From: Eledone cirrhosa
Taxonomy: Eukaryota
Assembly (NCBI GenBank): GCA_964016885.1
Contig: OZ024741.1
Coordinates: forward strand, 293,570,001 to 293,634,000
Direction of reading: 5' to 3'
Length of the DNA stretch: 64,000 nucleotides
Made by a program: the position numbers and the translations under genes. The notes below the pieces were generated by a model that saw nothing but the letters and a program-made list of their open reading frames with translations, did not search any database and was not told the origin of the DNA. Shown one piece after another: positions 56,637-64,000 of this stretch; positions within the stretch are counted from its first letter, which is position 1, and each line of letters opens with the position of its first letter.

Positions 56637-57375
56637 ATGAAATGCACTAATATTGAATACACACTAGAATGGTCCGGGCTAAAATTCGCCTATCCATACC
56701 GGAATGAATGACGCCTATGTGAACCATGATTGGCAGAGGTAATTGAAATAGTGACTGAAAAGGACCTTCTAAATTCCCAGCATGATAGGATGTTTAATTG
56801 CAAACACAAGGTTCTAAAAGCTTTCGCTAAGTACAAACTGGACTAGAACAAGATTCAATCCTTAATACCTAGGTTTTATTATATCCTACTTGATACATTT
56901 CCAGTGGCACTTGAACTTTTCACACCCAATGGATTCAGTAATATTCAAAGCAAACCCATTTTCTTAATTCCTTTCCTCCTTACCCCCTCTAGCCTACTCT
57001 TAATCTTTACTTTATCTTTCTCTGTCCCTCTTATACCTTTTCTATTGTCATATATGTTAAACATCAAAACCTTCACCTATAACAATGGTCAAAGACCCCG
57101 TTCTCTCTCCTAACTGACTGTATTTCATGCTATTTATAACTTATTTACATTTTCTTAAATGAAAATCTCATTACTCAATTCTACTTCTTGGCAAACAGTT
57201 GAATTCCACTACCATAGGCTTTCTGATGAAGTGTAATAAATAATTAAGTATTGTATATGATTGAACAATATATATTGTAGTCAGTATATGTAGACAATTT
57301 ATACATATGTCAAAGCAAATAAATTCATAATGTCTTCACACCAACGTTTTATTTTTCTTGGTACAATACTTGCTT
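56637..57375 (+). mobile_element. Penelope-like (Neptune-type) 3' end: GIY-YIG C-terminus, pLTR with degenerate hammerhead, tail into (TA)n
   Basis: IEYTLEWS...YPYRN..RLCEP*LAE...LLNSQHDRMFNCKHK; GCTTT-CTGATGA (57218-29) ... ACATATGTC-AAAGC (57303-16). Confidence 0.7.
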
Positions 57376-57421
57376 ATATATATATATTACACAGCTGACC
57401 ACGTTATTCTTCACTCATTTA

Positions 57422-57532
<111 letters not shown>

Positions 57533-57837
57533 CAGATTAAAGTTTAAGCAAAGAATCGCTGCTTTCACTTTTAATGGAAATCTTCTGAAACTAAAAAGTC
57601 AATCTGTGAACGCAGAAGTAAATATTTCAAAAAACGTTGCAACCGAAATAAGACAGGAAGACGATACTTTGGTTCGTGGAAACGTTCCCTGGCAAAGAAA
57701 ACAATTACATGCGAAGACAAAACCACGTTTATGGTATAAATGAAGTCATAGACTAATATTCTATAGGTGGTTCATGGAGACGTTCTCTGGCAATGAACGG
57801 AAAAAACGAAGATAATACGTCATTATGTGAAGCAATG

Positions 57838-57982
57838 CTTTGACGTATAGAGTTACGGCCCTTGCCATTCTGAGTCCAAATCCTGCCGAGGTTAACTTTG
57901 CCTTTCATCCTTACGGGGTCGATAAAATAAAGTACCAGTAATGCACTGGGTAATTGCTGGCCTTGTGCCTAACGTAGAAACA
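57838..57982 (+). mobile_element. 5'-truncated SINE family B with 16-bp TSD
   Basis: ATTATGTGAAGCAATG at 57822-57837 and 57983-57998. Confidence 0.88.
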
Positions 57983-59739
57983 ATTATGTGAAGCAATGAG
58001 AACAATTACACGCAAAGACAAAACCACATAAATGGTATAACTGAAGTTGTAGACTTAAATTCTATTTAGGAAACCGAATGATCCTCGGCTTCAGAGTTAA
58101 GAATAAAGTAAATAAAATACAGAGGTAATTGAAATTAAATATATACACACACACATCCATATACGTACATACACAAGCATACACGAAAACACTCGCCATG
58201 GGTATGCAAATAAAAGCACGTACACAAAAGAAAACAAAAAAACACACACGCACATACAGCACCCACGCAACGCCTGTACCACACATACGAATGTATACAC
58301 CAAATACACATAAAAATAAATAAAAACATATATATATATATACATGTGTGTGTGTATGCGTGTATACATAATTAAATAAATGTATATAAATTACACACAT
58401 AAATACGTATATAACGCGCGTATACACACACCCACATGTAAATACACATATGTTCGCGGACGTACGTCAACCAAAACACAAAGTATATGTGTATGTGTGT
58501 ATTTTCATACAACTTAGGCAATGACAAACCAAATTAGAATATAAAATTGAACCAGTGAAAATATATTCTTCATCGGGAATAAACAGACAAAATAATGGAA
58601 ATAAATGGAATGAAATGTTAGTGGTGGGTGAGTAATTTTAGTTTTCCAATAAGATTCCGGCAATTTGTGTATAAACCCCTAAACTTTCTGCTATTGTTAA
58701 AGTCAATCAATATTTTTCTTTAACATTAATCGAACTCCAGAAATCTTAGCAGATGATTCCAAAATTCTAGCTGAAGAGGTTACAGTTTAAAAGTTAAAAA
58801 GAAAATAATATAAAGAAAATGTATCTAAAATACAATGGAAATCAATAAAAAATATAACTAAAAAAATCTCTCATTCAAAAGTGAAATTATGTTTCTGATA
58901 CTTTTCAATGGAAATATTTAATATTTAAAAAAAATAGTTATAATGTCATAGGGAATTAAAAAGCAAAACAAAAACAGTAAAACCAAAGCCAACAATTTGC
59001 CCATTGCTGTTATATTTCTTAAAGTATTGTACATTCTGAATTGATTTTGATTGCAAACAGTATAAAAGTGAGTGTTATAGTTTGCTTAAAGCATTTTATA
59101 ATATGAAACAAATGGGTAGGTTTTTGGAAGTTGGTACAATGCAAATAGGGTTGTAACTATTGAGGTAACTAGGCTGGATAAGGAAGATTGAGAGAAGTAA
59201 GAAGGAGTGAAAGGAAAGGAAGAAAAAAATGAGAAACAAAAGAATCTGGATGTTAACTTTGTAATATTTGTTAATCCTGATATAGTTCAGATAAACTATC
59301 CATTCTATTCTCAAGTGAGCTATTGGGAACTTTGAAGTGTATCAGTGAGTAGCATTAGGACTCCATATCACTTGCATTTGAATTATAAAAGTACATTTAT
59401 ATGGCAAAGGTGTTTCAACCTTATTATATTCACAGCTATGGCATATAGCTTAGAGACATCATGAGACCTAGTGGTTAGCGTGTTGGCTAAGATTAGTTTG
59501 ATCCCTGGACCATGTGGTGTGCTGTATCCTTGATAAAGAGACTTCATTTCATATTGCTCCAGGCCACCCAGCTAAAAACAGCAACAGCTGTAGCAGATTA
59601 TGATCACTTTGAAACATACTGGTGTTTTGTACTCAGAATTGAAACTGGAGTAGTGATTGCAGAGGACATACATAAACTGGGGATAAATAAAACAGTCATG
59701 CTTTATTGAATGTGCAATTTAAATGTGAGAGAAAGGGAG

Positions 59740-60066
59740 AGATGTAAGTGAACTGAAGGAGAAATTGGGTTTAAGAGGAATCTGAAGTGATGTGCAAGAG
59801 AGACGACTACATTGGTAGCGACATGTGATGTGCATGGATGATGATCAATGGGTGAAGAAATGCCAGCAAATCCCAGTAGAGAGAAGCTACAATAGAGGTA
59901 GATCAAGAAGGACCTGGGCAGAGGTGATGAGAGTTGATCTCAAATTGCTGAGATTCACAGATATGATGAAGGAGTGCAGCAACTGGAGTAATGTTGTGCT
60001 GAAAAGGACTCATCTAACCCATTCAGCATGGAAAAACTGATGTAAAAGTGATGGTGATGATGATGA
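59740..60066 (+). mobile_element. Old RTE 3' fragment
   Basis: HVMCMDDDQWVKKC...RGRSRRTWAEV; (GAT)n-like end. Confidence 0.75.
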
Positions 60067-60420
60067 GTGCTAGCTTCCCATTACTTTATCATGTCGTCCA
60101 TCTGTGTTATGAAGACATCCACAATCAACGACAGAAGTGGTAAATGTCAGAACCATTGATGTATGCCAATGTCAGTCTCACTGAACATAGTCTAAGAATT
60201 GCAGTGACACTGTTAAAAACTGTAATCTCTCTCTCTACTGGTGTAGAATTATCTGCAATAGAAATGTATTAGATTTGAATGGAGCTACTTTGTGACTCAT
60301 TGATTTCATTCTCTCTTTTATTTCTTTTGTTTTCAGTTGCCTTTACAAAAAATTATTGATATGTATCTCTCCATTTGTGTGTGTCTGTATATATATATAT
60401 ATATATATCCATATATATAT

Positions 60421-60465
<45 letters not shown>

Positions 60466-60482
60466 TATATATATATATACAC

Positions 60483-60513
<31 letters not shown>

Positions 60514-60682
60514 CATATATATATACACACATATATATATATATATATTATATATATATATATACATATATATATACACACATATATATATATATACATA
60601 TATATATACACACATCTATATATATATACATATTATTATTATTATTATATTATTATATATATATATATACATATATATATAT

Positions 60683-60755
<73 letters not shown>

Positions 60756-61703
60756 TATATATATACACACACATACATACTGAGTAGGAAACACGTATAT
60801 GCATATATAATCATACATATTTAGACACACATAAATGTATATATGCATACACACATGCATAGATATACATGCATACAAACATGTTAAAAAGCAAATGAAC
60901 TAATACATGCAAGCACGCATGTATATACACTATCTTTTTTACATCAATTTTATTTAAAGGTTTTTTACAGCATTTATTTCTATGATTTAGTTCCTATAAA
61001 TAATTTTATTGATTAAAAAAGCTTATATAGAAAAAATACGCAGATATTATTTTCAAGAAATAAGTCGATTATTTCTGAAGAATGAAAAATATATTTGAAT
61101 CATTTATATAAGTCAAATATAGTTGAAAATAATTTTGACTAGAATTTTCAGGTAAAGAAAAGGGTTACACATTTTTTTATTAAATATAAACTGTGGCATG
61201 GCTGAGTGGTTAAGAAGTTCACTTTGCAACCATATAGCCTTGCCTTCTATCCTATTGAGTAGCACATTAGGCCTTACGTGTATTATTCTACTATAGCCTC
61301 AGACCAACTAGTGCCATATGTATGACTGTTATATGGAAACTGTAAGGAAACCCATTTGTAGCAAATTTTATCTTATTTGTAAATAGTTGAAAGACCAATC
61401 ATCCTGTCGTGTGTCCATGTGGTATATTCCCATGTGCAGTGGAGTTTGTGGTATCAACCTTAAAGTACTGAAGCCACCGGTTCCAGCATCTGACTGATAA
61501 GGGACTTTCCTGTGATTCGTCCCTTTTTCTGTTGTCCACCTTTTTTTTAAATTCATTTTCTATGATTTTAGCTATGCAGACACTTTTTTGCACATATATA
61601 TATATGTGTATGTGTGTGTGTGTGTATCCTGGGTTCAGTTGGAGTGACCACAGTAAGTAAGGTACTCAATAGATAGTAGAGTATAAATGTTTATTATACA
61701 AAT

Positions 61704-61755
61704 GGCTTCTACAGGACTAGAACTGTTTCATTCGAAGAAAATCATCAGGAAAGCC
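61704..61755 (-). ncRNA. Minimal type-I hammerhead ribozyme (left arm)
   Basis: GGCTTTC-CTGATGA-TTTTCTTCGAAT-GAAA-CAG-TTCTAGTC-CTG-TA-GAAGCC on the minus strand; stem II weak. Confidence 0.68.
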
Positions 61756-61830
61756 AACTGTCATTGTGATATGCTGGTATTTATACATTTTCTGAAAATG
61801 TATAAATACCATCATATCACAATGCCAGTT

Positions 61831-61882
61831 GGCTTTCCTGATGATTTCCTTCAAATGAAACAGTTCTAGTCCTGTAGAAGCC
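61831..61882 (+). ncRNA. Minimal type-I hammerhead ribozyme (right arm)
   Basis: Stem I GGCTT(T)C/GAAGCC, CTGATGA 61838-44, GAAA 61857-60, stem III ACAG/CTGT, predicted GUA cleavage after 61876; stem II weak. Confidence 0.68.
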
Positions 61883-63489
61883 ATTTCTATATTAAATAAA
61901 CATATATATATATCCGACTTCCCACGGTTACAAGCCGAAGCTGAAGCATATAGACAATATGACCCCACCCCCTCCCACTGAAAAGTGGTCATATAGACAC
62001 CAAGGTAAAAAAGCACCCAGTACTCACTTTAAATGTGGTTGGTGTAGGAAGGGCATCCACCTGTAGAAATCAAGCCAAAATCAGTTCCTGTATGAGTAAG
62101 ACATGGTTACCTGACCAGGCATTGCCCACAACAGGACAACCCATCTAACCCATGCTAGCATGGAAGAATGGACGTAAGACGGTGATGATGTTGATGATGA
62201 TATATATATATATATATAGGCACACACATTTTTTATAGCTAAGCAGCGAGCCTTGTTACTCTGGAGTTTCACCTGCACACTCGCATGATCATCAAAAAAG
62301 AATACTTGTTCTCATGTCTGTGAATAACACTAGGATATATATATATACATTAACATTATTTAACCCTTAAAAAGTAGCCCCTGTTTCCTTCCTAATTTGT
62401 ATTGAGTATTCATCTAAAACTGGTCTCTCTTACTCTTGTAATAATAAATACCAAGAAAATACACTCATACACAACCATATATTTACACACATACATAAAT
62501 ATGTATACGCATGATGTTTCTTTGTTCTTCACATTCAACATCACAGGTGATGACATTTGTTTATGTTCCACATAAGCAGATCCTACTGTTCTGTGATTAT
62601 ATGGCCAAAGACACGTACTTTACTTAGAAATCCAAACAAGTTCCTGTTTTTTCTGGAAAAAAAAAGTTAGAGTACAAACAAGAACACAAACATATTTAGA
62701 AATGGAAATACTTCAAACACCTACAGCACAAAAACAAACAGAAAAACAGCAAACTACATAATTATAAACAATAAAATAAAACAATAGAAAAAAAGAAAAT
62801 AATATCAAAATATAGAAATAACTGAAAAACAGCAAATAACTTCATAGCCACAAACAACAGCAAAATAAAAACCAGCAAAAAAAAAAAACAGCAAAAAAAA
62901 AACCCCAGCAAAATATTCAAGTATTCCAAACAACACTACAAAAACCAGAAAAAATAAATACATTAAACTAAAAAAAACGACAGAAAAATATTAAATTTCT
63001 CCAAACAACACAAAAAAGCAAAATATCAAAGAACTTTTCTAGAAAAACAACTGAACAACAAAAAATTTTATAAACTACAAACGAAATCAAAAACATAAAG
63101 AAATTTCAAACATGACAACTACAAACAATAATGACAATAAAAAAAAAACAGCAAACAGAGCCCCAAAATACCTACTGACAGCTGATAAAATTGCTGGAAA
63201 GAAACAAAAAAAAAAAAAACTAGGATTCAACAATAAGATAAACACTAAAACTGAAAACACAAACAAAAAAAAAAATCTAAAAAATGGTATTTGTTGTTGT
63301 TTGGTTTAATCTAAGTAAAGACATCCAACTTAAAAAAAATGTGTTTAGAACCAATCAGTAAAGTTTGGTTTATTTAGTCACTTACTCTTGTATCCTTTCT
63401 GATTTTCTTACATTCCTGGCACCAATCACTGGTTTTAGCTGCAAGGAATAAAATTTGGTAGCAGAATTTTGTTTGTTGTCAATACACTA

Positions 63490-63890
63490 GTTGTTTTTAT
63501 TACTTTATTTTCTTTTGGTTGTAGTGGTGGTTGTTGCTGTTGTGGTCGTAGTGGTTGTGGGTATTATGGTTGCTGTGATTGTGATGGTTGTAGTGGTGTT
63601 TGTTGTTGTGGTAGTGGTTGGTGTTGATTGTTGTAGTGATGGTTGTTGTAGTTATGATTGTTGTGGTGGTTGTTGTGGTTATTGTTGTGGTTGTTTCTGT
63701 TGTGGGTGTAGTGGTGGTTATTGTTGTTGTGATAGTGGGTGTTGTTGTGCTAGTTATAGGTGTTTTGGTTGTAGTTGTTGTGGCTGTTGTTGTGATTCTT
63801 ATTGTTGTCATTGTTGATGTGGATGTTGTGTCTGTTGTGGATGTTGTGTCTGTTGTTGCTGGTGTGGTTGCTGTTGTTCTGGTGTTTTTT
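63490..63890. repeat. (GTT/GTG)-rich low-complexity tract
   Basis: Direct inspection; source of poly-Thr/Val/Cys ORFs. Confidence 0.9.
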
Positions 63891-64000
63891 TCATTTTTTT
63901 TCATTGATGCTTGAAAGATATTTTTAACAACACAAACTAATTTCACTTATGAAATATATGTCATCTTTATCATCATCACTACCATCATCATCATTATCAT

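Larger units (their letters stand above)
61625..61903. mobile_element. Fold-back element: ~105-bp arms around a 1-nt centre (61793), two hammerheads, ~60-nt tail on the left
   Basis: ...TATACATTTTC-T-GAAAATGTATA...; flanked by (TG)n and (TA)n. Confidence 0.88.

Noticed and set aside
61140-61160. Other AG|GTAA junctions (61150 plus; ~39230 and ~47497 minus) as recursive splice sites
   Set aside because: Weaker tracts or donors, or inside transposon sequence; expected by chance in AT-rich DNA.
63491-63946. Mucin-like poly-Thr, poly-Val and Cys-rich metallothionein-like ORFs
   Set aside because: All three derive from one (GTT)-rich low-complexity tract; no splice or domain support.

Overview
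Eukaryotic, AT-rich, repeat-saturated DNA. I found no host protein-coding exon I could identify confidently. The mix of long (TA)n tracts, (GAT)n-tailed RTE LINEs and tRNA-headed SINEs resembles an octopus/cephalopod genome (inference only). Contents: several RTE LINEs (one ~3.9 kb copy whose 1063-codon APE-RT frame has a single premature stop); a decayed Helitron (~16.9-25.2 kb) with a nested antisense non-autonomous Helitron and a nested Penelope-like element (RT + C-terminal GIY-YIG); Dong/R4, CR1-like, Tx1-like, mariner and Tc1/maT fragments; hAT, piggyBac and Tc1 MITEs; two SINE families; three minisatellites. The most notable signal is a set of non-coding fold-back (palindromic) elements embedded in (TA)n at 6.5-7.9, 8.6-8.8, 26.6-27.6, 42.3-42.5 and 61.6-61.9 kb. 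Most carry minimal type-I hammerhead ribozyme folds pointing outward from the palindrome centre, and four share a 3' tail hairpin that starts where the inverted arm stops. They look like inverted Penelope pseudo-LTRs or a non-autonomous ribozyme retroelement. A candidate recursive splice site/RS-exon lies at 49.8 kb. Coordinates were read by eye and are approximate unless termini or TSDs are quoted.
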